A stretch of 36,880 nt of DNA from Candidatus Bipolaricaulia bacterium (GTDB taxonomy: Bacteria > Bipolaricaulota > Bipolaricaulia > RBG-16-55-9). Location: the NCBI GenBank assembly GCA_042219045.1, contig JBDGQO010000038.1:18821-55700 (forward strand), written 5' to 3'. Every line of letters begins with the position of its first letter. The first letter of the stretch is position 1. Below, piece by piece: positions 8,940 to 17,918 of the stretch. The translations under genes were made by a program, and so were the position numbers. Under the pieces are notes generated by a model. The model did not search any database, was not told where the DNA came from, and saw only the letters and a list, made by a program, of their open reading frames with translations.

Positions 8940-10373
8940 TCAATCGAGCCCGACGGAGATGAACTTCGTTTCCAAATATTCCTCGATGCCCCACTTGCCG
9001 CCCTCGCGGCCGATCCCGCTGAACTTAACGCCGCCGAAGGGGGCTTGCGGCGTGGAGGGGACGCCGTCGTTGACGCCGATGATGCCGTAGTCGAGCGCCT
9101 CGGCGACCCGATATGCTCGCTCCAGATCGCGCGTCCAGATATAGGCGGCCAGCCCGTAGGGCGACTGGTTCGCTTGGCGGATCGCCTCGTCTTCAGATTC
9201 ATAGGGCTGAATGGGCGCGACCGGGCCGAAGGTTTCCTCCTCCATTAAGGGCATCCCGTCATCGACACCCGTCAGCACCGTCGGCTCGTAGAAGAGCCCG
9301 TCGCGGACAGAGCCCCCCGTGAGCACCTTGGCGCCCTTGTCCACGGATTCCTGGACGTGTCGCTTGACTTTTTCAAGGCCTTGCTCGTCGACCAGCGGGC
9401 CGATCTGGGTGTCGTCGCGGAGCGGATCGCCGACGTTGAGCTTCTGGGCCGCCTCCGCGTAGGCCTCGGCGAAGTCGCGCTCAATGGACGGGGCGACGTA
9501 GAGCCGATTGGCCGCGACGCAGCTCTGGCCGATATTGCGGAACTTGGCGACCATCGTCTGCTCAACGGCCTTCTCAATGTCGGCGTCCTCGAAGATCAAG
9601 AACGGGGCGTGCCCGCCCAGCTCGAGCGAGACCCGCTTGAGCGTCTGGGCGGACTGGGCGTAGAGCGCCTTGCCGACCTCCGTGGAGCCCGTAAACGTCA
9701 GCTTCCGGATGCGATCGTCGTTGACGAGCGATTCCGAGACGGGCTTCGGGTCGAGCGCCGGCAGGACCTGGAACGTGCCGGCCGGGCCGTCTGCTTGCTC
9801 CCAGAGCCATGCGAAGTACAGCGACGTCAACGGGGCCTGTTCCGCCGGCTTCAGGATGAACGGGCTGCCGGACGCCAACGCGGGGGCCACCTTGCGCGTC
9901 ACCATGGCAGCTGGGAAATTCCAGGGCGTGATGCCGAACGACGGGCCCACGGCCTGTTTGATGACGTGGAGTCGCTTGTGCGGGGCTTGGCTCGGGATGG
10001 ACTCGCCGTAGACGCGCTTGGCTTCCTCGGCGTACCACTCGGCAAACATGGACGAGAAGTTGACCTCGCCGCGGGCTTCGGTGATCGGCTTGCCCATCTC
10101 CTGGCTGATCGTCTGGGCGATCCCTTCTTTGTGCTCGATGATGAGATCGTGCCAGGCACGCAGGCGGGCGGCGCGCTCGTAGGCCGTGGCATTGGCCCAG
10201 TCGGACCACGCATCGACGGCCGCGTCGGCCGAGGCTTGGGCCTCGCGTTCGCCGCAGTCGGCGACCTCGGCGAGCGTCTCGCCCGTGGCCGGGTTGGCGA
10301 CCGCGAACGTGCCGTCGGCCGTGTGCCACTGGCCGGCAATGAACGCCTGGGATGGGGCTTGAGTTGAGGTCAC
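8940..10373 (-). CDS. gabD: NAD(P)-dependent aldehyde dehydrogenase, GabD/SSADH family; candidate sulfolactaldehyde dehydrogenase (SlaB-like)
   Basis: ITPWNFP, FTGSTEVG, LELGG, GQSC catalytic Cys, EETFGP; substrate inferred from context only. Confidence 0.85.
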   Translation of the reverse strand: MTSTQAPSQAFIAGQWHTADGTFAVANPATGETLAEVADCGEREAQASADAAVDAWSDWANATAYERAARLRAWHDLIIEHKEGIAQTISQEMGKPITEARGEVNFSSMFAEWYAEEAKRVYGESIPSQAPHKRLHVIKQAVGPSFGITPWNFPAAMVTRKVAPALASGSPFILKPAEQAPLTSLYFAWLWEQADGPAGTFQVLPALDPKPVSESLVNDDRIRKLTFTGSTEVGKALYAQSAQTLKRVSLELGGHAPFLIFEDADIEKAVEQTMVAKFRNIGQSCVAANRLYVAPSIERDFAEAYAEAAQKLNVGDPLRDDTQIGPLVDEQGLEKVKRHVQESVDKGAKVLTGGSVRDGLFYEPTVLTGVDDGMPLMEEETFGPVAPIQPYESEDEAIRQANQSPYGLAAYIWTRDLERAYRVAEALDYGIIGVNDGVPSTPQAPFGGVKFSGIGREGGKWGIEEYLETKFISVGLD

Positions 10374-10402
10374 GGGAAATCCTCCTTCGGACTAGGATCG
10401 GA

Positions 10403-11086
10403 TCATGAGGAAGCGCTCGCGTTGCTCTCGCGGCGCAAATAGCTCTGCAGCGCCTCGCCAGCTCGATTCGTGTGGGCGCGCATCTGTGCCTCGGCCTCGT
10501 CAGGACTTCCGGCGCGGATGGCGTCGATGATCGCGGCATGTTCGTCAATGGACGCCGAAAGCCGGCCCGGGGCCATCACGGACGTGCTGAACAACAGCCG
10601 CAGCTGATGTTGGATGTTGGCGGCCATGTCCAGCAGGCGACGGTTGCCGGAGGCTTCCCAAATCTTGCGGTGGAAAGCCAGATCCAGGTCGCCATAGCGC
10701 TCCAGGTCGTCCTCCGCGCAGGCGCGTTGGGCCTCCAACAGCTCTCCCAAGTCGTCGGCGACCGATGGATGATCGGCCTGGGCGGCCAATCGGGCGGCCA
10801 GGCCGTCGACGACTTCGCGAAGCTGATAGATTTCGCCGACGTCGCGACGGTTCAGTTCCGGCACCGCAAAGCCCTGATGCGGAGTGTGGATGACGAGGCC
10901 TTCGCGGGCAAGGCTGCTCAACGCGGATTTGACCGGCGTCGGGGACAGCTCTAGCGTCTCGGAGAGCTCACGCACGATCAGGCGCTCACCCGGCTCAATG
11001 CGACGATTCAGGATGGAAGAGCGCAGCGCGTGGTAGGCCTGATCCGCGAGCGTCATGCGTTGGACGGCGTACTCGCTGGGCGCCAT
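10403..11086 (-). CDS. GntR-family (FCD) transcriptional regulator
   Basis: wHTH PGERL...ELSETLELSPTPVKSAL; FCD motifs DLAFH...SGN and EHAAIIDAI; divergent from suyAB. Confidence 0.92.
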   Translation of the reverse strand: MAPSEYAVQRMTLADQAYHALRSSILNRRIEPGERLIVRELSETLELSPTPVKSALSSLAREGLVIHTPHQGFAVPELNRRDVGEIYQLREVVDGLAARLAAQADHPSVADDLGELLEAQRACAEDDLERYGDLDLAFHRKIWEASGNRRLLDMAANIQHQLRLLFSTSVMAPGRLSASIDEHAAIIDAIRAGSPDEAEAQMRAHTNRAGEALQSYLRRESNASASS

Positions 11087-11146
11087 GGCAACACCTTCTC
11101 CCCTGCACTTCAGCGGCGCTGGCGCGCTTCCACACCGACATGTCTA

Positions 11147-11194
11147 AGTGTAGTCAAGCGCCGTTGACAGGTCAAGATTTAAGATTTAATATTT
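11147..11194. promoter_or_regulatory. Back-to-back sigma70 promoters for gntR and suyA with 7-bp direct repeats (candidate operator)
   Basis: + strand TTGACA(11164)-17-TAATAT(11187); - strand TTGACC(11175)-17-TACACT(11152); AAGATTT AAGATTT AATATTT at 11174-11194. Confidence 0.75.
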
Positions 11195-11220
11195 CGCCGC
11201 GTTGAGGAGGAGGAACCGCA

Positions 11221-11514
11221 ATGGCCTACCAGGCAGTGGCCCACCGTAACAACGACGACGTCGCCGTGGCCGTCCAGGACCTATCGCCGGGAACGACGGT
11301 CCACGTCCGAGTGCTCAAGGAAGACGGTTCGCTGGCGGTCGAGGCGCGGGCCGAGATCCCGCTTGGCCACAAGATTGCGCTTCACGATTTGGACGAGGAG
11401 CAACACGTGACCGAGTACGGCGAGACGACCGGCTTCATGACCGAGGCGGTCGAGCAGGGCGGCCACGTTCATGTTCATAATATCAAGAGCCGAAGGTGGT
11501 CCCAATGGAGCTGA
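11221..11514 (+). CDS. suyA: (2R)-sulfolactate sulfo-lyase alpha subunit (SAF/UxaA N-terminal domain)
   Basis: DDVAVAV, IPLGHKIAL, YGE, GGHVHVHNIKSRRW; translationally coupled to suyB. Confidence 0.85.
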   Translation: MAYQAVAHRNNDDVAVAVQDLSPGTTVHVRVLKEDGSLAVEARAEIPLGHKIALHDLDEEQHVTEYGETTGFMTEAVEQGGHVHVHNIKSRRWSQWS

Positions 11515-12656
11515 CCGGATACCGCCGACCCGATGGGCAAGTCGGCGTGCGCAACCACGTGATTGTCCTGCCCGTCGACGACCTCTCCAACGCGGCCGCC
11601 GAGGGCGTCGCCAGCCTCATCCCCGAAGTGACGGCGCTTCCGCATCCGTACGGCCGTCTGCAGTTCGGCGACGACCTCGAGCTGACGTTCGAGACCCTCA
11701 GCGGCCATGGCCGCAACCCGAACGTGGCGGCCGTGATCGTCATCGGCATCGAGCCGAAGTGGACGCAGCGCGTCGCCGAGGGGATCGAGCCCACGGGCAA
11801 GCCCATCGAAACGTTCGAGATCGAGCGCCACGGCGATCTCAGCACCATCGAACAGGCCGCCAAAACGGCCCGGCAACTCGTCCAGGACGCCAGCGAAGTT
11901 GAGCGGGAGCCGATCGAGATCGGCGAGCTGACGCTGTCCACCAAGTGCGGCGAGAGCGACACGACGCTCGGCGCGGCCGGCAACCCCGCACTCGGGCGAG
12001 CGTTCGACCGACTGATTGATCAGGGCGCCTCGGTCATCTTCGGCGAAACCTCCGAATTGACGGGCGCGGAGCACATCCTGGCCGATCGATGCGCCAACGA
12101 CGACGTCCGCCGGGCGTTTCTCGACACCTATAACGCCTACATCGAGTTCATCGAAGAGCAGGGTGCCGATCTGTTGGGCTCGCAGCCGACTCAGGGCAAC
12201 ATCCGCGGGGGGCTGTCCACCATCGAGGAGAAGGCCCTCGGCAACATTCAGAAATTGGGCACGACCCCGATTCAGTCGGTTCTGGAGCCGGCCCAGTCGC
12301 CCGACGGCACGTCCGGCCTCCACTTCATGGACTCCTCCAGCGCCGCCGCCGAGATGGTGACGCTGTGCGCCGCGGGCGGATCGGCGCTCCACTTCTTCAC
12401 CACGGGCCAGGGCAACATCGTCGGCCACCCGCTCGTGCCCGTGATCAAGATCTCGCCCAATCCCCTGACCGTCGAGACGATGGGCGAGCACATCGACGTG
12501 CCGTTGCCCGATCTGCTTGCGGGCGAGATCGATCTGGACCAAGCTGCCAATCGCATCGAGGACGTCTTCGCCCGCACCGCGCGGGGGCGCCTGACCGCGG
12601 CCGAGGCGCTGCGCCACCGCGAGTTCGTCTTAACCAAGCTCTATCGCAGCGCCTGA
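11505..12656 (+). CDS. suyB: (2R)-sulfolactate sulfo-lyase beta subunit (UxaA family)
   Basis: SuyB-type motifs RNHVIVLPVDDLSNAA, PHPYGRLQFG, KCGESDTT, SQPTQGNIRGGLSTIEEKALGN, FMDSSSAAAE, C-terminal LYRSA. Confidence 0.9.
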   Translation: MELTGYRRPDGQVGVRNHVIVLPVDDLSNAAAEGVASLIPEVTALPHPYGRLQFGDDLELTFETLSGHGRNPNVAAVIVIGIEPKWTQRVAEGIEPTGKPIETFEIERHGDLSTIEQAAKTARQLVQDASEVEREPIEIGELTLSTKCGESDTTLGAAGNPALGRAFDRLIDQGASVIFGETSELTGAEHILADRCANDDVRRAFLDTYNAYIEFIEEQGADLLGSQPTQGNIRGGLSTIEEKALGNIQKLGTTPIQSVLEPAQSPDGTSGLHFMDSSSAAAEMVTLCAAGGSALHFFTTGQGNIVGHPLVPVIKISPNPLTVETMGEHIDVPLPDLLAGEIDLDQAANRIEDVFARTARGRLTAAEALRHREFVLTKLYRSA

Positions 12657-13591
12657 TGATCCTCGTCGCCGAGTCGATGCACGCCGAGGGCATCGACAAG
12701 CTCCGCCAGTCGGGATTTGACGTCGAGCACGATGAGACGCTGTGGCAGCGCCGTGACGACCTCCAAGAGCGCGCCGCTTGGGCGCACGCGTTGGTCGTGC
12801 GCAATCGGACGCAAGTGGATGCCGATCTCTTAGCTCAAGCCCCTGAGCTGCGCGTCGTCGGTCGCCTCGGCGTCGGCACGGATAACCTCGACTTGGCGAC
12901 CATCGAGGAACGCGACATTGCGTACGTGGACGCCCAAGGGGCCAACGCCGCCAGCGTGGCCGAGTACGTCATGAGCGGCCTGACGTTTCTCACGCGGCGG
13001 CTGGACTTGGCCGCCGGACACGTCAAGGATGGTGGCTGGGACCGGCATCGCTTTGGCGGCCACGAGCTGATGGGCCGCACGCTCGGCCTCGTCGGCCTCG
13101 GCGACGTCGGCCTGCGCGTCGCGTGGCGGGCGCGGTCGTTCGGGTTGAGGGTTCAAGCACATGACCCGCTGCGACACCCGAACGAGGCCGTCGTCCAGGA
13201 CAGCGGCATCCAACTGGCCGAGCTCGACGCGATGTTGCCCGAATGTGATGTCGTCAGCCTGCACGCGCCGCTGACGGTCCGGACCCGCCATCTCATCGAT
13301 GAACGTCGGCTCTCTCAAATGGCCGAGGGCGCGTTCCTCATCAACACCTCGCGCGGCGAGCTCGTCGACTCGGAAGCGCTTGCGCAAACGATGCAATCTG
13401 GCCGTTTGGGCGGGGCGCTTCTGGACGTCGTCGACGAGGAGCCGCCGTCGGCGGATCATCCCTTGCGAGACGTGGACAACGTCTGGATCACGCCGCATAT
13501 CGCAGGCTTGACGAACGAGGCCCAAGTCCGCGTCAGCACCCAGGTGGCCGACGGCGTGATCGATGCCCTACGAACCGTGGGGGCGACTTGA
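12656..13591 (+). CDS. slcC: (S)-sulfolactate dehydrogenase (D-2-hydroxyacid dehydrogenase family)
   Basis: ATG overlaps the suyB stop; LVVRNRTQV, VGRLGVG.DN, SVAEY, GLGDVG, INTSRG, TPHIAG resemble SlcC; sits between suyB and comC. Confidence 0.78.
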   Translation: MILVAESMHAEGIDKLRQSGFDVEHDETLWQRRDDLQERAAWAHALVVRNRTQVDADLLAQAPELRVVGRLGVGTDNLDLATIEERDIAYVDAQGANAASVAEYVMSGLTFLTRRLDLAAGHVKDGGWDRHRFGGHELMGRTLGLVGLGDVGLRVAWRARSFGLRVQAHDPLRHPNEAVVQDSGIQLAELDAMLPECDVVSLHAPLTVRTRHLIDERRLSQMAEGAFLINTSRGELVDSEALAQTMQSGRLGGALLDVVDEEPPSADHPLRDVDNVWITPHIAGLTNEAQVRVSTQVADGVIDALRTVGAT

Positions 13592-13593
13592 CC

Positions 13594-14607
13594 ATGCGAG
13601 TTGCACTGGATCGGCTTCACGGAGAGATTGCGCGCTTGTTCCAGGACGTGGGATTGTCACCGGGACATGCCGACGACGTGGCGACGGTCCTGCTGGACGC
13701 GGAGGTCGAGGGGCAATCGGGGCACGGCCTGGGGCGCGTCCGGATGTATCGCCGACAGGTCGAAGCGGGCGGGCTCAATCCGGAGCCCGAGTTGCGCTGG
13801 GCATGGCCGCGCGAGGCCATGGGGATCCTGCACGCCGACCGCGCGCTCGGCCCGGTCGCCGGGCTGCGAGCGCTGGAAGAGCTCATGGCCGCGACGAGCC
13901 ACCAGGGCCAGGCCAGCGTAGCGGTCCGCAATGCGGGCCATATGGGGGCGCTGTCCGCCTACGTCGGCCGTCTGGCCGACCACGGGTTCCTGGGCCTCGC
14001 CATGGCGAACACGCCCTCGGCGATGGCGCCGTGGGGCGGCGCCGGGCAAGTACTCGGGACCAACCCGATCGCGTTCGCCGCGCCGATCGACGAGGGCCAC
14101 TCGCCGCTGGTGATCGACCTCTCGCTCAGCGTCGCCGCGCGCGGCAAGATTTTCCAAGCGCAGTCCCAGCAGACCGATATTCCCGAAGGCTGGGCGATCG
14201 ACGCCGAGGGCCAGCCGACGACCGACCCCGATCGGGCGCTGGCGGGGAGTCTGCTCCCCATCGGCGAGGCCAAGGGCTATGCCCTGGCGCTGATGGTCGA
14301 GGTGCTGGCCGGCGTGATGGCCGGCAACGCCCTGAGCGCCGAGCTGCCCAAACCCTGGGAGGACCCCAGTTCGCCCTCCACACCCGGCTTGTGGCTCATG
14401 GCACTCGACCCAGGAGCCACCGATCATGGCGGCTACGCCGCCCGGATGCGACAGTTGGTGGATGAGATCGAGCGCCACGGCGGTCGACTGCCCGGAGCGC
14501 GCCGACGGGAGATGCGCCAGCAGGCCGAGCGGGACGGCATCGAGCTCTCGCCGCAGCGACGCCACGAGCTGGCCGCGCTCGGAATGGCATTGGACGAGGG
14601 CCCGTAG
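13594..14607 (+). CDS. comC: (R)-sulfolactate dehydrogenase (Ldh2/ComC family)
   Basis: SGHGLGR, HMGAL, NTPSAMAPWGG, GTNPIAFAAP, ARGKI, KGYALALMVEVLA. Confidence 0.8.
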   Translation: MRVALDRLHGEIARLFQDVGLSPGHADDVATVLLDAEVEGQSGHGLGRVRMYRRQVEAGGLNPEPELRWAWPREAMGILHADRALGPVAGLRALEELMAATSHQGQASVAVRNAGHMGALSAYVGRLADHGFLGLAMANTPSAMAPWGGAGQVLGTNPIAFAAPIDEGHSPLVIDLSLSVAARGKIFQAQSQQTDIPEGWAIDAEGQPTTDPDRALAGSLLPIGEAKGYALALMVEVLAGVMAGNALSAELPKPWEDPSSPSTPGLWLMALDPGATDHGGYAARMRQLVDEIERHGGRLPGARRREMRQQAERDGIELSPQRRHELAALGMALDEGP

Positions 14608-14639
14608 CGGTTGATTCATTGGCAGGAGGAGGATTCGGC

Positions 14640-16004
14640 ATGCGATCGTTGAAAATTGGCCTAGTGCCCATCGTGCGCCCGCTCTTCCGTGGTGCAAACA
14701 TGGGATTGGGCGAGCAGAACCAAGCGCAGCTGGAACAACTAATCAATGAGTTGAACGTCGAATTGAGCTACGTGGCGTCGCCCGTGGGCGAGCCCGAGGA
14801 GGCCCGACAACGAGCACAGGAGGCCGAAGACGCCGACGTCGATCTGCTGTTGATGCAGTACGTGACGTTCGCCACGGGCGATCTGATGACCCCGTTCTTG
14901 GAGCTGGATCGGCCCGTGGGCCTCTGGGCACTGCCGGAGGCGCACACCGACGGCCCGCTCCCACAGAACGCGCTCTGCGGGATGAACATGGCGATCTCGC
15001 TCGACGTGGAGCGCCGATTGCCGACGAAGTGGTTCTACGGCTCGGCCGACTCCGCGGACTTCCGCGCTCACTTTGAGCAGACGGTCCGCGCGCTGCGGGC
15101 ACGAAAGGTGCTCCGGGAAGGCCGGGCGCTCTGGATCGGCGGCACGGCGCCGGCCTTCTATCGCTTAGAGCGCGTCCCCGATCTGCCCATGACGATCGAG
15201 CGCGAGCCGTTGGACGTCGTCTACGACGCGCTCGACGAGGTCGACGACGACGCCGTTGAATCCAGACTTGCTGAGTTTGACGAACCGTCGAAATTTACCA
15301 TCGATCAACTGCGCCACGTCGCGCGCATGGAGCTGGCCCTCGAGACAGTCAGCGAAGGGTATGACGGCGTCGCGCTGCGCTGCTGGCCGGAGCTGCCCGA
15401 CAAGGGCCAAGCCATGACCTGTTCGGGCTACGCCCGGCTGGCCGACAAGGGGCATGACTTCGCCTGCGAAGGCGACATGGCCGGGCTGATGGCGATGTTC
15501 GCGCTCAAGGCGATCACCGACGAGCCCGCGATCTTGATGGACCTGTCGTATCTCGACGACGCCGCGGGCCTGTTCTGGCACTGCGGCAACGCACCCAAAT
15601 CCTGGGCGGATCAGACGGGCGAGAACCCCTTCCAGTGGCTGTCGCACTTCAATCGCGGCCTGCCCGCAGTGCGCGACATGAAGCTCAAACCCGGGCCGGT
15701 CAGCGGCCTGCGCCTGTTGGAAGACCGCCGTGCGCACGTCTTCGCCGGCGATGTCACCGATCGCCCGGGCGGCTACGAGGGCGTCTCCGGCTGGATCGGC
15801 AACCTGAGATGGGCTGGCCAGTCAGTTGATCCGTCGACGTTCATGACCAACGTCTTCGCCCATCGGCTGCCGCATCACTTCGTGTGGGGCCGGGGCGACC
15901 ACGAGGCGACGCTCTTGGAGCTGTGCGACTGGCTCGGCTACGAGGTCCTGCCGCTCGACCCGCATGCAGCGCGGACGAGGATGAGCTGGTGGGACGGGTC
16001 GTAA
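14640..16004 (+). CDS. L-fucose/L-arabinose isomerase-fold protein; candidate sulfoquinovose isomerase (SqvD/SftI-like)
   Basis: GGAGGAGG RBS; TFATGD, LPQNALCG, ALRCWPE, ACEGD, FWHCGNAP, LPHHF motifs of the fucose-isomerase-like family. Confidence 0.75.
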   Translation: MRSLKIGLVPIVRPLFRGANMGLGEQNQAQLEQLINELNVELSYVASPVGEPEEARQRAQEAEDADVDLLLMQYVTFATGDLMTPFLELDRPVGLWALPEAHTDGPLPQNALCGMNMAISLDVERRLPTKWFYGSADSADFRAHFEQTVRALRARKVLREGRALWIGGTAPAFYRLERVPDLPMTIEREPLDVVYDALDEVDDDAVESRLAEFDEPSKFTIDQLRHVARMELALETVSEGYDGVALRCWPELPDKGQAMTCSGYARLADKGHDFACEGDMAGLMAMFALKAITDEPAILMDLSYLDDAAGLFWHCGNAPKSWADQTGENPFQWLSHFNRGLPAVRDMKLKPGPVSGLRLLEDRRAHVFAGDVTDRPGGYEGVSGWIGNLRWAGQSVDPSTFMTNVFAHRLPHHFVWGRGDHEATLLELCDWLGYEVLPLDPHAARTRMSWWDGS

Positions 16005-16867
16005 CGCTCGGCTGGGCCTGCCTCGACCGGCGCTATTGGGTCGAGGCCTTTCCGCCGACGGCTAGCCGAACCGAGTGCACGGCGCTGGCGACGGACTTGG
16101 GCGGGCCGGCCGCCGTAGCGGCGCTGACGGCAGCGCGCCTTGGCGGCGAGGCGGCCTTCGTCGGCCGTCGTGGCGCGGACGAGGCGGGCGGAAAGCTGAT
16201 GAGCAAACTAAGCGATGAGGACGTCGACGTGCGATGGTTCCAATCGACGGAAGGCGCCCAGACGCCGGAGAGCGCCATTCTCATCGCCCCCAATGGCAAT
16301 CGCCACATCTTTCGATACGCGGGCAACCTGCCCGATGAGCCCGACTGGCTCACAAGGATGGATCTGGAGATGACAGATGCGGACGTGGCGCTGGTCGATC
16401 TGCGCTGGACGCACGGGGTCCGGCGTCTGTTCGAACAAGCGGGCACGAGCGGCGCTCGACGGATCGTGGATTTTGACGACCCGTCGGCGACGGGCTGGTC
16501 CCTCGTCGAGCGGGCCACGCACGCGATTGCCGACGCGGAAACGTCCCACCACGTGGGAAACGCAGCGGCGCTGCTTGATCGCTTGCGCGGGCTCGACACC
16601 TGGGGCGCCGTGACGCTCGGCGCGGACGGCGGGCAGAGCCACGCCGGTCCCGTGCCCGTTTTTCCCGTGACGGTTGCGGACAGCACGGGCGCGGGCGACG
16701 TTTTCCACGGGGCGTTCGCGCTGGCCTTGGCGGAAGGTCAGGAGGAAGCGGAGGCGCTGCGGTTTGCGTCGGCGGCCGCGGCGCTGCGGTGTCGGAACGC
16801 CGACGTGCCGCATCGATCCGAACTGGAGGAATTCCTGGAGGCCCATCATGAAGCGCACGCCGGGTAA
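15989..16867 (+). CDS. yihV: PfkB-family kinase, YihV-like sulfofructose kinase
   Basis: GTG start overlapping the isomerase end; LDRRYWV, GGPAAVAA, DLRW (YihV has DVRW), DSTGAGDVFHGA. Confidence 0.75.
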   Translation: MGRVVTLGWACLDRRYWVEAFPPTASRTECTALATDLGGPAAVAALTAARLGGEAAFVGRRGADEAGGKLMSKLSDEDVDVRWFQSTEGAQTPESAILIAPNGNRHIFRYAGNLPDEPDWLTRMDLEMTDADVALVDLRWTHGVRRLFEQAGTSGARRIVDFDDPSATGWSLVERATHAIADAETSHHVGNAAALLDRLRGLDTWGAVTLGADGGQSHAGPVPVFPVTVADSTGAGDVFHGAFALALAEGQEEAEALRFASAAAALRCRNADVPHRSELEEFLEAHHEAHAG

Positions 16868-17867
16868 GGCCCGCGGGCTCGCCCGCATCGGCGACGGCGA
16901 CGGGCGAATCGCGGCCGTCGCCACTGATCAGCGTCCGCCCTTGTTCAATCTGGTTGCTGACAAACTCGACATGTCCATTAAGGACACGGGGCCCCGCGCC
17001 TCGGAAATCAAAGGGCTCTTGGCCGAGACGCTGGCGCATCACGCGACGGGCCTGCTCGTCGATCCCTATTACGGCTTCTGTCGGGCGATGCCCCATCTGC
17101 CGCCGGAGACGGGCTTGATGATGACGCTGGAGCACCACGTGTTCGCCACGGACACGAATGGCTTCCGCAAGAGCGATTGGATCCCGGACTGGAGCGCCGA
17201 GCAGGCCGTGCGCTACGGTGCGGATGGGTTGAAGCTCCTGGCTTGGTACCGCTCCGACGCCCCGCAGGCCGTGCTCGATCACCAGCATCGCTTCGTGGAA
17301 CGGGTCGGGGCGGCCTGTCGGCAGGTCGATCGGCCGTTCGTCTACGAGGTGCTGCCCTATCAGCTCGCGAGCGAATCCGACGAGGCCTATGTCGAGGCGC
17401 TGCCGGAACTGATGCGCCGATGCATGCTCGACTTTTCGGATGAGCGCTACGGCGTCGACCTGTACAAGCTCGGCTTCCCGGCCCGGGCCAAGGCCGTCGA
17501 GGAATGGGGCGGCTCACACTACCCGCTTGCGGATATGGAGGCGATCATGCGCGAGACGACCGAGCGGCTCCCCGCGCCATGGGTGCTCTTGAGCGGCGGG
17601 CTCGACTCCGAGACGTTCATCCAGGCGTTTCGGTCGGCGGTCGACTGCGGCGCGCGCGGGTATCTCGCCGGCCGGGCCGTCTGGGCCGAAGCCATGGACG
17701 CTTATCCGGATTTGGAGGCCTGTCGCGGGCGACTGCAAGCCCAATCGGTCGAGGTGCTCGATCAGCTCAACCAGACGTTAGAAAGCCTGCCCGCACAAAC
17801 CGTCGACATTGACTGTGACCTGGAGGACAACGCCCGTGTCGAGGTGCGACCCGAGTCCGACTATTGA
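16848..17867 (+). CDS. Class I LacD/YihT-family aldolase (tagatose-bisphosphate / sulfofructose-phosphate aldolase)
   Basis: ATDQR, LLVDP, GLKLL, DLYKL (Schiff-base Lys), PWVLLSGG, GYLAGRAVW. Confidence 0.82.
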   Translation: MKRTPGKARGLARIGDGDGRIAAVATDQRPPLFNLVADKLDMSIKDTGPRASEIKGLLAETLAHHATGLLVDPYYGFCRAMPHLPPETGLMMTLEHHVFATDTNGFRKSDWIPDWSAEQAVRYGADGLKLLAWYRSDAPQAVLDHQHRFVERVGAACRQVDRPFVYEVLPYQLASESDEAYVEALPELMRRCMLDFSDERYGVDLYKLGFPARAKAVEEWGGSHYPLADMEAIMRETTERLPAPWVLLSGGLDSETFIQAFRSAVDCGARGYLAGRAVWAEAMDAYPDLEACRGRLQAQSVEVLDQLNQTLESLPAQTVDIDCDLEDNARVEVRPESDY

Positions 17868-17918
17868 TACGATGGGCGACGGTGCCCGTGAGGCACGCGA
17901 AGGAGTGTTGACAGCGCC

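Noticed and set aside
11164..11175. TTGAC-AG-GTCAA palindrome as a separate operator
   Set aside because: It is fully explained as back-to-back -35 boxes of two divergent promoters.
11221..12656. Altronate/galactarate dehydratase (uxaA/garD) call
   Set aside because: The split architecture, SuyB-type motifs and adjacency to slcC/comC fit sulfolactate sulfo-lyase better.
12656..13591. serA (phosphoglycerate dehydrogenase)
   Set aside because: There is no ACT domain, and the RNRTQV motif and context fit SlcC.
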